A stretch of 64,000 nucleotides of DNA from Mailhella sp. (GTDB lineage: Bacteria; Desulfobacterota; Desulfovibrionia; Desulfovibrionales; Desulfovibrionaceae): the NCBI GenBank assembly GCA_029258655.1, contig JARHYD010000027.1, positions 5,630 through 69,629 on the forward strand, given 5' to 3'. The stretch's first letter is position 1. Every line of letters starts with the position of its first letter. Shown here piece by piece: positions 19,494 to 30,083 of this stretch. Below the pieces are notes generated by a model. That model saw only the letters and a program-made list of their open reading frames with translations. It ran no database searches and was not told the origin of the DNA. The translations under genes and the position numbers were made by a program.

Positions 19494-20777
19494 TTATTTG
19501 TGTGTTAAATGTTTAATACCTTTATCACCAATATCACGACGAAAATAAGAATTTTCCATGTGAATTTTATTAACTGCTTGATAGGATTTATCTTTTGCTT
19601 CTTGTAAGGTTTTTCCAAGTGCTACAACGCAAAGAACTCGACCGCCATTAGAAAATGTTTTTCCATTATCAAATTTAGTACCAGCTTGAAATACCATTGT
19701 ATTTTCAAGGGAATTTGCTTCCTCTAGTCCTTTGATTTCCATACCTTTTGGATATGATTCAGGATAACCTTTTGCAGCAATTACAACACCAAGAGCTGAT
19801 TGTGGATAGAGTTCTAAACTAATAGCTTCTTTTTTTAATGTACCATTTACACAAGCTTGCATAATAGGTAAAATATCACTTTTCATACGCATAAGTAGGG
19901 GTTGACATTCTGGATCACCAAAACGAACATTATATTCAAGAACTTTTACTCCTTGTGCTGTCATCATAAGTCCAGCATATAAAATTCCTTTAAAAGGAGT
20001 TCCACGTTTTGCCATTTCTTTTAGTAAAGGACGAACTGTAATATCAGCTAATTTTTCAAGTTCTTCGTCTTGTGCTAATGGAGCAGGGCTATATGCTCCC
20101 ATTCCACCTGTATTTAAGCCTGTATCTCCTTCACCAATGGCTTTATGATCTTGGGCTGATGGTAAAGCAAGGGCATTTTCACCGTCACAAAAACAAAGTA
20201 GAGAAAGTTCTTCACCAATAAGAAATTCTTCAATAACAATAGTATTTCCTGCATCACCAAATTTTTTTTCACTAAGCATTGCTGTTACAGCTTTTTTGGC
20301 TTCATCAATACTTTGAGCTATAATAACACCTTTGCCAGCTGCAAGTCCATCGGCTTTAATAACAAGTGGTGCATTATGCTTATCAATAAAAGCAAAAGCT
20401 TCTTGTTCTGTTTGAAAAGTTCCATAAGCAGCTGTTGGGATATTAGCTGCTACCATTGCTTCTTTAGAAAAAGCTTTGCTTCCTTCTAATCTTGCACAGG
20501 CTTTGCTTGGTCCAAAACAAGGAACACCAATAGCTTCCATTGCGTCCGTAATACCAAGAGTAAGAGGGAGTTCTGGTCCTGGTACTACAAAATCAATATT
20601 TTTTTCTTTTACAAAAGAAACAAGACCTTCAATATCATTATCTGCAATATTAATATTATGGGCAAATGTTCCACCATTTCCTGGTGCAACAAAAATTTCA
20701 TCAACAAGGGGACTTTGCTTTAATTTCCATGTAAGAGCGTGTTCACGTCCACCAGAACCAATTACTAAAATACGCAA
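19494..20777 (-). CDS. purD: Phosphoribosylamine-glycine ligase PurD
   Basis: MRILVIGSGGREHAL..., an ATP-grasp core and a typical length of 427 aa. Confidence 0.95.
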   Translation of the reverse strand: MRILVIGSGGREHALTWKLKQSPLVDEIFVAPGNGGTFAHNINIADNDIEGLVSFVKEKNIDFVVPGPELPLTLGITDAMEAIGVPCFGPSKACARLEGSKAFSKEAMVAANIPTAAYGTFQTEQEAFAFIDKHNAPLVIKADGLAAGKGVIIAQSIDEAKKAVTAMLSEKKFGDAGNTIVIEEFLIGEELSLLCFCDGENALALPSAQDHKAIGEGDTGLNTGGMGAYSPAPLAQDEELEKLADITVRPLLKEMAKRGTPFKGILYAGLMMTAQGVKVLEYNVRFGDPECQPLLMRMKSDILPIMQACVNGTLKKEAISLELYPQSALGVVIAAKGYPESYPKGMEIKGLEEANSLENTMVFQAGTKFDNGKTFSNGGRVLCVVALGKTLQEAKDKSYQAVNKIHMENSYFRRDIGDKGIKHLTHK

Positions 20778-20909
20778 GGAAAACCTCCTATGGTTTTAAA
20801 GGTTGCTTCAATATTAAAACGCATATAAGATAATAAAATTTTACTTTTTTTTCAATGATAAAATAACAGGCAAAAAGAATAGGTTTTAAAAATGGTTTGA
20901 AAAAAATAC

Positions 20910-21100
20910 ATGGGAAGTGTTTTTCCCCTCAATTAGGCAAATTTATTGAAACGTATTTCCATAAAATTGCTTGATTGAGGGGGCTTGGGGGAAATCATTT
21001 CCCCCAAAGAAAAAAAATAAAATAAGATTAATTTAGAAACATATCCTATTAGAGAACGAAGTTTAATACTTATAAATAATTTGGAAATACTTCCTAAAAA
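20910..21100 (-). repeat. Repeat locus R5: degenerate P1, P2 (20925-20983), P1 (20987-21005), TIR-like motif, then an abutted right-end fragment
   Basis: Same modules as the other loci. It lies in the divergent purD/cobA promoter region. Confidence 0.85.
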
Positions 21101-21232
21101 CTCTTCTTACTATATTTTATGAAAATTGTTTTTTTAAAAGTATGGAAAAAAGCGGATAAATATAACTGTTGCGAAAGAGATAATTAACCGTTATAAGTGG
21201 ACTTATAAAATAAAAGAGTATGTGGAGAGATC

Positions 21233-22792
21233 ATGTTTTGTTATCTTATTGGAGCAGGTCCTGGTGATCCAGGTCTTATTACTTGCAAAGGATTAGATGC
21301 TCTTAGTCGTGCCGATGTTGTTGTTTATGATTATTTAGCAAGTGATATTTTACTTAGCCATGCTCGTCCTGATGCTGAAAAAATATATGTAGGTAAAATT
21401 GCAGGAAATCATGCAATGAGCCAAGAGGATATAAATGCTTTGCTTGTTCGTAAAGCAAAAGAAGGAAAAATTGTTGCTCGATTAAAAGGTGGAGATCCAT
21501 ATATTTTTGGTCGAGGTGGTGAAGAAGGTCGTGCATTATTTGAAAATGGTGTGCCTTTTTGCGAAGTTCCGGGAATTACAAGTACCATAGCAGGACCAGC
21601 CTATGCAGGTATTCCTTTAACAGATAGAACTGTTGCATCTTCTGTAACAATTATTACAGGACATGAGGATCCTACAAAACCTGACTCTGTTCATAATTGG
21701 GAGGCATTGGCAAAAAGTGCTTCTACATTGGTTTTTGTTATGGGTATGAAAAATTTGCCTGAAATTTCTAAAAATTTAATAAAAGCAGGTATGGATCCTA
21801 AAACTCCTGCTGCCTTAGTGCATTGGGGAACTATGCCAAATCAACGTTCCTTAACTGCAACTATTGAAGATTTACCAGATGCAGCAATTCGAGAAGGTTT
21901 TAAAAATCCTTCTGTTATTGTTGTGGGATATGTTGTGTCTTTGCGTGATAAATTAAACTGGAATGAAAAAAGACCTCTTTTTGGAAAGACTGTTGTAGTT
22001 ACACGTTCAAGAGAGCAAGCAAGTGATATGGTTGCTATGCTTATGAGTCTTGGGGCAAGAGTTATTCAATTCCCAACTATTAGTATTGAGCCAATGGATA
22101 ATTATGAAGTATTAGATAAAGCAATTCAAGAAATAGAAACTTTTGATTGGATTATTTTTACTTCTGTTAATGGTGTGCAACATTTTGCAGAACGTTTACG
22201 TGTTGCTAAAAAAGATAGTAGAGCATTATATAATGCAAAAATAGCAGCCATTGGTCCTGTAACAAGAAAAGAAGTTGAAAAACTTGGTATTATTCCTGAT
22301 TTTGTTCCTGAAACGTATGTTGCAGAAGCTGTTGCAGAAGGACTTTGCCAATTTGCTATTAAAGGTAAAAATATTCTTATTCCTCGTGCGTTAGAATCTC
22401 GCGAAGTGTTGCCACAAGTTTTAGAAAAAGCAGGTGCTAATGTTACTATTGCTCCTGCCTATAAAACAGTAAAAGCTATGGCAAATAAAGAAGAATTATT
22501 GGAAGCTTTAGAAGCAAATGAAGTTGATTGTATTAGTTTTGCGTCTTCTTCAACTGTTCGTAATTTTATGGAATGTATTGATAATGATGTTTTGAAAAAA
22601 GCAACTAATGTAAAATTTGCCTCTATTGGTCCAATTACTACTGAAACATTAAAAGAATTTGGTTTTAATACAGAAATTGAACCAAAAGATTTTACTATTC
22701 CAGCTTTACTTGGGGAAATAACAAAATATTTTTCTCAAGATATAGATATTAATGCACCATATTATCAATCACTTTTGAAACTTGCAAAGTAG
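21233..22792 (+). CDS. cobA/hemD: Bifunctional uroporphyrinogen-III C-methyltransferase / uroporphyrinogen-III synthase
   Basis: The N-terminus is LIGAGPGDPGLIT...RLKGGDP (a SUMT). The C-terminal ~250 aa are HemD-like. The fusion is typical of Desulfovibrio-type sirohaem/haem synthesis. Confidence 0.9.
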   Translation: MFCYLIGAGPGDPGLITCKGLDALSRADVVVYDYLASDILLSHARPDAEKIYVGKIAGNHAMSQEDINALLVRKAKEGKIVARLKGGDPYIFGRGGEEGRALFENGVPFCEVPGITSTIAGPAYAGIPLTDRTVASSVTIITGHEDPTKPDSVHNWEALAKSASTLVFVMGMKNLPEISKNLIKAGMDPKTPAALVHWGTMPNQRSLTATIEDLPDAAIREGFKNPSVIVVGYVVSLRDKLNWNEKRPLFGKTVVVTRSREQASDMVAMLMSLGARVIQFPTISIEPMDNYEVLDKAIQEIETFDWIIFTSVNGVQHFAERLRVAKKDSRALYNAKIAAIGPVTRKEVEKLGIIPDFVPETYVAEAVAEGLCQFAIKGKNILIPRALESREVLPQVLEKAGANVTIAPAYKTVKAMANKEELLEALEANEVDCISFASSSTVRNFMECIDNDVLKKATNVKFASIGPITTETLKEFGFNTEIEPKDFTIPALLGEITKYFSQDIDINAPYYQSLLKLAK

Positions 22793-22798
22793 GATATT

Positions 22799-23494
22799 AT
22801 GAGTTTAAAACTTGCTATTCTTGCATCTGGTAGTGGAACAAATGCTCAAGTAATTTTTGAAGCTGTAAAAGCAAAAAAATTAGATGCTGAAATTTGCCTT
22901 GTGCTTGCTAATAGACCTCATGCTAAAGTTCTGGAAAGAGCAAAACAGTTTAATATCAAGCATACACTTCTTGATCATACGCTTTTTACAAGTAGAGAAG
23001 AGTATGATAAAAAAGTAGTGGAAGAAATAAAAAATTCTGGTGCAAATTGTGTTGTACTTGCTGGATATATGCGAATGGTAACTCCTTATTTTTTAGCAAG
23101 TTTTCCACAACGTGTTATTAATATTCACCCTGCTATTTTACCATCGTTTCCTGGTGTACATGGTGCTAGAGATGCAGTTAATTATGGTGTTAAATTTTCT
23201 GGTTGTACTGTCCATTTTGTGAGTGAAGAAATGGATGCAGGTCCAATTATTATTCAAGCTATTGTTCCTTGTACACAGCAAGATACAGAAGAAATTTTGC
23301 AAAATAGAATACATTGTCTTGAGCATAAAATTTATGTCCAAGCGTTGCAGTGGTTGGCAGAAAATCGGCTTGAAATATTTGGGCATACTGTGCATTTAAA
23401 GGATATGAAAGAACATAAAGCAAGTATTGTTTCTGTGGAAAGTCAAGGTTTACAATTTGATGCAATGATTTATCCACCATTAGAAATAAAATAA
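22799..23494 (+). CDS. purN: Phosphoribosylglycinamide formyltransferase PurN
   Basis: LASGSGTNAQ..., INIHPAILPSFPG and HFVSEEMDAGPII motifs. Confidence 0.9.
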   Translation: MSLKLAILASGSGTNAQVIFEAVKAKKLDAEICLVLANRPHAKVLERAKQFNIKHTLLDHTLFTSREEYDKKVVEEIKNSGANCVVLAGYMRMVTPYFLASFPQRVINIHPAILPSFPGVHGARDAVNYGVKFSGCTVHFVSEEMDAGPIIIQAIVPCTQQDTEEILQNRIHCLEHKIYVQALQWLAENRLEIFGHTVHLKDMKEHKASIVSVESQGLQFDAMIYPPLEIK

Positions 23495-23496
23495 AA

Positions 23497-23519
23497 GAGG
23501 CGAGGAATCGCCTTTTTTT
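23497..23519 (+). terminator. Short hairpin plus T-run after purN
   Basis: ggcga-ggaa-tcgcc followed by ttttttt. Confidence 0.55.
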
Positions 23520-23532
23520 GCATGGGGAATTT

Positions 23533-24108
23533 ATGGATTATCAAAAATTATTAGATGAAGAAACAAAATTATATTTGCATGGTATAGTGGCAAGTATTTT
23601 AGCTGATTGTGTTAAAAATAAAAAATCATTGCAAGAATTGAAATTTAAAACACCACAAAATACTTTATTATTAGAAAATTGTGGGGCTTTTGTTTCATAT
23701 TATAAATATGAAAGAGGACAAAAAGCATTACGCGGTTGTGTTGGATATATGGCAGAAGTATATCCCTTATGGGAAATTGTTGCTAGAATGGCGTATGCAG
23801 CAGCTTTTGAAGATAGTCGTTTTTATCCTATCACAGAAGATGAATTAGAATATATAACATGGGAAATAACAATATTAACTCCTTTTACTCCTTGCTTATT
23901 AGAAAATATTATTATTGGTAAGCATGGCATTTTATTTGAACTTGATGAGTATAGGGCAGTTTTTTTACCTCAAGTTGCAACAGAGCAAAAGTGGACAAAA
24001 GAAGAAACATTAAGTCAATTAGCCATAAAGGCAGGATTAACCCAAAATGCATGGCAAGACCCAAAAGCAAAATTTTATATTTTTGAAGGGATTATTTTAA
24101 CAAAATAG
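23533..24108 (+). CDS. AMMECR1 domain protein
   Basis: GAFVSYYKYERGQKALRGCVGY...FEDSRF...ITILTP...GILFE...AVFLPQV matches the AMMECR1 pattern. The start at MDYQK avoids the purN terminator. Confidence 0.8.
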   Translation: MDYQKLLDEETKLYLHGIVASILADCVKNKKSLQELKFKTPQNTLLLENCGAFVSYYKYERGQKALRGCVGYMAEVYPLWEIVARMAYAAAFEDSRFYPITEDELEYITWEITILTPFTPCLLENIIIGKHGILFELDEYRAVFLPQVATEQKWTKEETLSQLAIKAGLTQNAWQDPKAKFYIFEGIILTK

Positions 24109-24132
24109 TTTGTATTTTTTTGAGTAATTTTT

Positions 24133-24543
24133 TAGGGGGAGGACTTTTTATAAAAAGTCCTCCCCCTAAAACCCCTTTTCAAAAATTTTTATTTTCAAAA
24201 TCCTTTTGTGTACAAAAGGATTTTGTTTTAAAATTTAAGATGTGTTTTTAACTTATTTATAATTATTAAGCTTTATTTTCCAGTAATGAATATAAAATAT
24301 TTGTAATATAGGGAGTGTTTCCAAATTATTTATAATTATTAAACTTTGTTCTCTGATAGTAAAAATAAAAGATTTGCAATATAATTATATTGCAAATTAC
24401 TTATAGCTATGATGTAAAAACAAAGAATCTTTTTATTTTTAGGAAAAAAAATTTTTACTAATGCCTTAAACTAAGCAAATTTATTGAAACTTGTTTCAAT
24501 AAATTTGCTTGATTGAGGGGGGTTGGGGGAAATCATTTCCCCC
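24133..24543 (-). repeat. Composite repeat locus R6: P3 (24133-24168), hairpin (24197-24224), duplicated TIR-like/subterminal block (24236, 24311), linker, P2 (24464-24522), P1 (24525-24543)
   Basis: It is the reverse complement of R3, with an internal partial duplication. Confidence 0.9.
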
Positions 24544-24583
24544 AAAAAAATAAAAAGGTATATAGAAAACTATATACCTTTTT
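24544..24583 (-). terminator. Rho-independent terminator after the YeiH-like gene
   Basis: aaaaggtatatag-aaaa-ctatatacctttt with a T-run on the minus strand. Confidence 0.7.
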
Positions 24584-24605
24584 AATATTTAATGAATGGT
24601 TTCAA

Positions 24606-26336
24606 CTATTGAGCAAGAAGAGTAGCCTTAATTTCTGGGAATGCATAGTTGAACATTACCCAAGCCATTAAGAGTGTTAATGCTAAGTTGAAGGATTGAC
24701 CACATACATAAAGAATAATTGGTTTACCACCTTTGAAGTATGCTGCAAGAGCTTTGAAGTTAGTAGCAAGACCAACAGATACGAAAGCAAGAGCAAAGAA
24801 CCAACCACGAAGTCCTTTTGTAATATCTACAACACCTTTATCAATGATAGAGTAAGCTAAGTCAGAACCATAACTTGAACTCATAACAGAAAGAAGAATA
24901 GATACACCTAAGAAACCAATAACGAATTTAGGGAATCTGTGCCAAATTTCCATAAGGCTTACTTTGCCGTCACCACTTCTTTCAACTTTGGTAGTAAAGT
25001 AAATAGCTACAAAGAATGCTGTAACACCGATAAGAACGTTTTGAATCATTTTGATAGTAGCAGCAACTTGCATTGCAGTATCACCTAAGAATGCACCTGC
25101 AGCAGCAACAGCACCAGTGGAGTCAATAGTACCACCAATCCAAGCACCACCAAGTACAGCGTCTAAACCAATTACTTTAATTAATGCAGGTAATACAACC
25201 ATCATAATAGCTGTAAAGGTAAGAGAAATACCAACAGCAAGGGTAAGTTCTTCTTTTTTAGCACGGCAAGCAGCAGCTGTTGCAATAGCAGCAGAAGTAC
25301 CACATACGCTCATATCAGCAGAAATAACAATATTAAGAGTTTTTGATTCTATTTTTAATACTTTTTGACCAAAAATATATGTTGCAACTAATACAATAGG
25401 GGTAACTATCCAAGCAATAAAAATACCGGGAATACCAATAGCAACTATTTTTGTGAAAAGAACTTCACCACCTAAAAGAACCAAACCTGTTTTAATATAG
25501 TATTCAACTTGTACAGCTGGGCTTATCCATTGAGGAGTTTTGATAGTATTAGCAATAAGCATACCAAGTACGATTGACCAAATTTCAGCATTAATACCAT
25601 AATAGCTCATGCTACCATTACTACCCAAAATATTTGCAAGAACGCAAAGAATAAATACTCCAATAAATCCAATGAGGAATCTTGGAACGCTCATTCCCAT
25701 AAAGAAAATACCAATGCTCATAGCAATAGCTATTGCTACACCAAGCATAATCATTTTAGGGAATAAATTATATGGCTTAACTATTTTTTCAGAATCTTTT
25801 GCAACTTTATCTTCAAGATCTGCCCAAGCTTGAATTGCTACATCAGCTGCAACATTTAATTCTTCATTTTCATAGTTATTAGTTTGTGCTAATGTATCAG
25901 CAGCTTTTGCTATTTCGTATGCAGCAGCAGCTTCTGCTTTTGTAGCTTCAATAGCAGGAAGAATTTTTGCATTAATAGCATCAGCTTGTTCTTTTGAAAG
26001 CATCATTGAATCTAAAATATTGCTTTTCCATTTTTTTGGAGTAGCAAAATAACTTTTTAATTCTTTTAATGCTGGTAATGCCCCACCCATAACAGCTTTT
26101 TTTGCTTTCTTAGCTTCAATTAATGCAACTGTTGGATAAGGTTTTTCTTTTTCTACCTTTATAATAGCATTTTGTGCTTCAATCTTTTGAATAAATTCTG
26201 ATTTAGCAGGAAGAATTAAAAAGATTGAAAGTAAAACAACCGCTACACCAACCCAAATTGCCCAGTAGTCTTCTTTAGTCCATAAATCAGACCAACTACT
26301 TTTTGCTCTGTCTATGACAATGTTATCTTCAGCCAT
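24606..26336 (-). CDS. YeiH/UPF0324-family membrane protein (putative sulfate exporter family) with a long N-terminal extension
   Basis: The C-terminal ~350 aa carry the family block [24 protein letters not shown]...[16 protein letters not shown]...KMIQNVLIG. The start is placed at MAEDNIV (26336), preceded by gaggag. Confidence 0.6.
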   Translation of the reverse strand: MAEDNIVIDRAKSSWSDLWTKEDYWAIWVGVAVVLLSIFLILPAKSEFIQKIEAQNAIIKVEKEKPYPTVALIEAKKAKKAVMGGALPALKELKSYFATPKKWKSNILDSMMLSKEQADAINAKILPAIEATKAEAAAAYEIAKAADTLAQTNNYENEELNVAADVAIQAWADLEDKVAKDSEKIVKPYNLFPKMIMLGVAIAIAMSIGIFFMGMSVPRFLIGFIGVFILCVLANILGSNGSMSYYGINAEIWSIVLGMLIANTIKTPQWISPAVQVEYYIKTGLVLLGGEVLFTKIVAIGIPGIFIAWIVTPIVLVATYIFGQKVLKIESKTLNIVISADMSVCGTSAAIATAAACRAKKEELTLAVGISLTFTAIMMVVLPALIKVIGLDAVLGGAWIGGTIDSTGAVAAAGAFLGDTAMQVAATIKMIQNVLIGVTAFFVAIYFTTKVERSGDGKVSLMEIWHRFPKFVIGFLGVSILLSVMSSSYGSDLAYSIIDKGVVDITKGLRGWFFALAFVSVGLATNFKALAAYFKGGKPIILYVCGQSFNLALTLLMAWVMFNYAFPEIKATLLAQ

Positions 26337-26802
26337 AAGACACTCTCCTCGTTTTTTGGAATTACCCATAATAAAATGTGTGTATAACACTCATATAAAC
26401 ATAGTTTACTAAATTTTTTGATTTTAGCAAGTGTATATTTTCACTTAGCGTTAGAAGTATAAAAATATGAGTTTGATATATTTTTTTTTATTATTTGTAA
26501 TTTGTTATAAATATTATTCTTTTTTTATTTTGAAAATATAGTTCAATTAATAAAAAAAATATACAATTTTGTAAAATACTTCGTGTCAATCATAGTATAT
26601 TGGATATTTTATTTTGATGTATAACTTATATTTGATGAATAAATCACAATGCTAATCTTTTATCCAAAAGAAAAACTTGTATTTTTTTCATAATTACTAT
26701 AATTTTCTTTTTAGAAATATTGTTTTGTTTTTTTGTTCACAAAATAATACTGTTACAAATATGTTATTATAATTTTTATTAAAAAAAAATGACAAGGTTC
26801 AA

Positions 26803-27750
26803 ATGCGTATAATAAAAATAAAAGATGAAATTAATAAATTATCAAATATATTAATTGGTTGTAGTAATTCTACAAAAAAAGATTTTTATTTTTCAGGAAT
26901 AGATTCTAAAGCTATGGCTCGTAAAGAAGTCGAGATTATATTTTCCTATATATTAAAAAAGGACAAAGTATTTTTAAAAATACATGATACAATAACTATT
27001 TCAAATAAAGACTATGAAAAAATCTATGCTTTAATAAAAAGAAGATTAAAAGGTGAACCATTAGCCTATCTTATTGGAACTAAAGAATTTTTTGGGTATG
27101 ATTTTTTTGTTGATTCATCTACATTAATACCTCGTGCAGATACAGAAGTACTTGTAGAAACAGCTCTTGCTTATTTTCTTGATAAAAAAGAGACAATATA
27201 TTGTAGCGATTTTGGGACTGGTACAGGTTGTATTTTATTAACATTATTAAAAGAATGGAAAAATGCGTATGGTATTGGACTTGATATTTCAGAAAATGCA
27301 CTTAATTTGGCTAAAAAAAATGCAAAGTTTTTAGACGTAGCAGATAGGGCATTTTTTCTTCAAAGTGATTTTACTTGTTTTGATTTTATGGATAATTTTA
27401 GTACATTTTTGAATTTATCTGTTAAACAAAAAAGTTTGGATTTACTAATAAGCAATCCTCCATATATACCACAAAATGAATACGATTGTTTGGATAATTC
27501 TGTAAAAGGGTATGAGCCAAAAACTGCTTTATATTCTCCTAATGCTCTTTATAAAGGGACATTTCATATTGAAAAACTAATACAAATTGCAGAGAAATTT
27601 TTAAAGCCAAAGGGATTATTGCTTATTGAACATGGTTATAATCAAGGAAATGCTGTATATAATCTTTGTTCGTCCTATGCATTTGAAAAAATAGAAACAA
27701 AATATGATTATGCTGGTAATGAGCGTTTTTTATTTGCTATAAAACAATAA
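26803..27750 (+). CDS. prmC: Release factor glutamine methyltransferase PrmC (HemK)
   Basis: It has EPLAYLIGTKEFFGYDF, LIPRADTE, FGTGTGCI and the NPPY motif (LISNPPYIP). Confidence 0.85.
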   Translation: MRIIKIKDEINKLSNILIGCSNSTKKDFYFSGIDSKAMARKEVEIIFSYILKKDKVFLKIHDTITISNKDYEKIYALIKRRLKGEPLAYLIGTKEFFGYDFFVDSSTLIPRADTEVLVETALAYFLDKKETIYCSDFGTGTGCILLTLLKEWKNAYGIGLDISENALNLAKKNAKFLDVADRAFFLQSDFTCFDFMDNFSTFLNLSVKQKSLDLLISNPPYIPQNEYDCLDNSVKGYEPKTALYSPNALYKGTFHIEKLIQIAEKFLKPKGLLLIEHGYNQGNAVYNLCSSYAFEKIETKYDYAGNERFLFAIKQ

Positions 27751-27783
27751 GAATGAATAATATTGAGATAGAAAAGATAGGTT

Positions 27784-27966
27784 AGAGTGTGTTTTTAAAA
27801 TAATTTTATTTTTTCTTTTGGGTTACAGTGTCTTTATCCGTAATTTCCTTTGTTATAACGGATAAAGGGAAATGACCCCAAGTTTCTTCAATCAGGTAAA
27901 TTTATTGAAATAAATTTACCTATATTAGGGGCATGAATAGAAAAATTTTTTTCTTAAAAATAAAAA
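27784..27966 (+). repeat. Repeat locus R7: TIR-like end, P1 split by a 46-nt nested hairpin (27823-27868), shortened P2, linker start
   Basis: It has the same layout as locus R10 at 63363. Confidence 0.85.
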
Positions 27967-27994
27967 GTGATGGGTTAGCTCCTTATAATAAATA

Positions 27995-28027
27995 AAAAAA
28001 AAAGAGCCAAAAGGCTCATTTTTTTTG
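27995..28027. terminator. Bidirectional terminator downstream of flgM
   Basis: An A-run, then gagcc-aaaa-ggctc, then a T-run. Confidence 0.7.
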
Positions 28028-28040
28028 TTAGATTGATTTG

Positions 28041-28364
28041 TTAATTCATAAATAATGAACTATCAGCAAAAATATCTCTCACAATAGCTCGTGCTGTATC
28101 CATACTATTAAAAGTATATGTTCCATTTGCAACTTTTTCTTTAAGACGTGCAACTTTTTGACTTCTAACGTCTGGTGCATTTTGTGCCTCATAAAAAGCT
28201 ATATTTTGATATTTTGCATTTTCTGAAAGTGTAACAGTATCTTGGGCAGAATTAGCCTCAAGAGAACTTATATGATTTTCTTGATGTACTACTTTATTGC
28301 TTGCTGATAAATCTGTTAAATTTACTTTTTGATATGGATCTATTCCGTTGTTACTTATTTTCAT
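28041..28364 (-). CDS. flgM: Anti-sigma-28 factor FlgM
   Basis: A small protein with DTVTLSE and a C-terminal KVARLKEKVANGTYTFN...ARAI pattern. A perfect sigma-28 promoter lies upstream. The start at MKISNN is preceded by ggagg. Confidence 0.75.
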   Translation of the reverse strand: MKISNNGIDPYQKVNLTDLSASNKVVHQENHISSLEANSAQDTVTLSENAKYQNIAFYEAQNAPDVRSQKVARLKEKVANGTYTFNSMDTARAIVRDIFADSSLFMN

Positions 28365-28444
28365 AAGAACCTCCATTACCATTTATAAAAATGGGAAGTC
28401 CAAGTTGGCGCTTACTAGTTGGACTTTTTATTTCGTTACAATGC

Positions 28445-28471
28445 TTATCGGCTGTTAATTTAAAGGCTTTA
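28445..28471 (-). promoter_or_regulatory. Sigma-28 (FliA) promoter upstream of flgM
   Basis: The minus strand reads TAAA-gcctttaaattaaca(15 nt)-GCCGATAA, an exact match to the TAAA-N15-GCCGATAA consensus, about 80 nt upstream of the flgM start. Confidence 0.75.
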
Positions 28472-28693
28472 GCTTTTTTTTCTATCTATAAAAATTTGTT
28501 TGTAATATTCTTTTCCAAAAAAAGGATTATTTCAAAAAAAAGAAATTGTTGCAAGTTTTTTTATGGATAAAATTAAAAAAAAATTATGTTTCTTTTTATG
28601 TAGAAAATTTTATTAGAATGTGTTTCAAGATAATTTTATTTGTATTACAAGTCTAATGTGTTAAAGTAATTATAAATAATATAGAAATAATAC

Positions 28694-29425
28694 CTAATGT
28701 TTTTTTATATATTCTAGGGCTTCTTGTAGATTAAGTGTTCCTTCATATATAGCTCTGCCTGATATTATGCCTGCTAGTGAACTGGATTTTGAAAGTGGAA
28801 GAAGTTTTTTTATACTTTTCATTGTTGAAACACCACCAGCAGCTATAAGGGGAATGGGGCAAAGTTTAGCAAGTCTTTCAATTTCTGGAAAATTTAATTC
28901 ACTGTGCATACCATCGCGTTCAATATCTGTATAAATAAGAAAAGAACAACCAGCACTTTTTAATTTGGGTAATATTTCATCAATGTTTTTTCCAGAATCT
29001 TCTACCCAACCATGAGTTTTAAGTTTTTTTCCTTCAACATCTAAGCTAACACCAACACGATTGGGGTATTTTTTACATATTTTTTCAAAAAGAGAAAAAT
29101 TTTCTAAAGCCATTGTACCAATAATAATACGTGTTACTCCAACATTAAGCCAAAAATCAGCATTTTCTTCTGTGCGTATACCACCACCTAATTGGACAGG
29201 TATAGAAAGTTCGTTGCATATTTTACTAACTATTTCTGCATTGATACTTTTACCTTGAAAAGCTCCATCAAGGTCAATTAAATGTAAATATTCTGCACCA
29301 AGATTTTCCCAATGTTTTGCCATTGTTAGTGGATCATCAGAAAAAATTGAAACTTCATCTTCTTTACCTTGTTTAAGGCGTACAGCTTTACCATTTTTTA
29401 AATCAACAGCAGGGAAAATAATCAT
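28694..29425 (-). CDS. hisA: ProFAR isomerase HisA
   Basis: MIIFPAVDLKNGKAVRLKQG and typical (beta/alpha)8 blocks. Confidence 0.9.
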   Translation of the reverse strand: MIIFPAVDLKNGKAVRLKQGKEDEVSIFSDDPLTMAKHWENLGAEYLHLIDLDGAFQGKSINAEIVSKICNELSIPVQLGGGIRTEENADFWLNVGVTRIIIGTMALENFSLFEKICKKYPNRVGVSLDVEGKKLKTHGWVEDSGKNIDEILPKLKSAGCSFLIYTDIERDGMHSELNFPEIERLAKLCPIPLIAAGGVSTMKSIKKLLPLSKSSSLAGIISGRAIYEGTLNLQEALEYIKKH

Positions 29426-29432
29426 AGTGATC

Positions 29433-30083
29433 CTAATTAATTGTTAAATGAAATTCATAAATCATTTTGTTAATAGATTCTTGTACAAATTCTATTATAT
29501 TTTTATGCTGACGAGGGGTAATTTCATCTTCACCAGAAACATTTACTTTAATATAGCTAATTTCTTTATAGTGAGATCGTGCTTGTAAAAATCCATCATT
29601 TGTTTGTGTTTCAGGATGTACTACTTTGATAAGATAGTAGTCTGTAATAAGTCTTGCAGGCATGGTTACATCTCTATCTTTACCTTTTTTTTCTTGGTGT
29701 TCTAATATCTGAGGAACAAGAATATAATCTGCTCCTACTTTTTGTGCTAATTTAGCCCATGTAGCTAAAACATTAGGTCTATTTTTTGTATCTTTTTGTA
29801 TTGTAATATTGAGATCGTTTTGTGTTAAGAAAATATAGTTACGATGTGTTTTATCTAATTTTTGTTTTAATATTGTATCATATTTTGCTAGGGTTGCATT
29901 ATCTACTAAACTTTGTTCATTAGGAATATATCCAGCTAGAAGTTGGTTACTATTTGTAGGTTGATTGTAGGGGGCAACAGCTATTTTAACAGGTGCAGGA
30001 ATGATTAAAACAAAATCTTGTTTAGTACAAGCTTGTGCATAGAGAAGAAGAAAAAAAGAAAGAAGAAGAAAAAATTTTTTCAT
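29433..30083 (-). CDS. Lipoprotein of unknown function
   Basis: It has a signal peptide with a lipobox-like LLYAQAC. Its start overlaps the hisB stop by 4 nt. I recognise no family with confidence. Confidence 0.55.
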   Translation of the reverse strand: MKKFFLLLSFFLLLYAQACTKQDFVLIIPAPVKIAVAPYNQPTNSNQLLAGYIPNEQSLVDNATLAKYDTILKQKLDKTHRNYIFLTQNDLNITIQKDTKNRPNVLATWAKLAQKVGADYILVPQILEHQEKKGKDRDVTMPARLITDYYLIKVVHPETQTNDGFLQARSHYKEISYIKVNVSGEDEITPRQHKNIIEFVQESINKMIYEFHLTIN

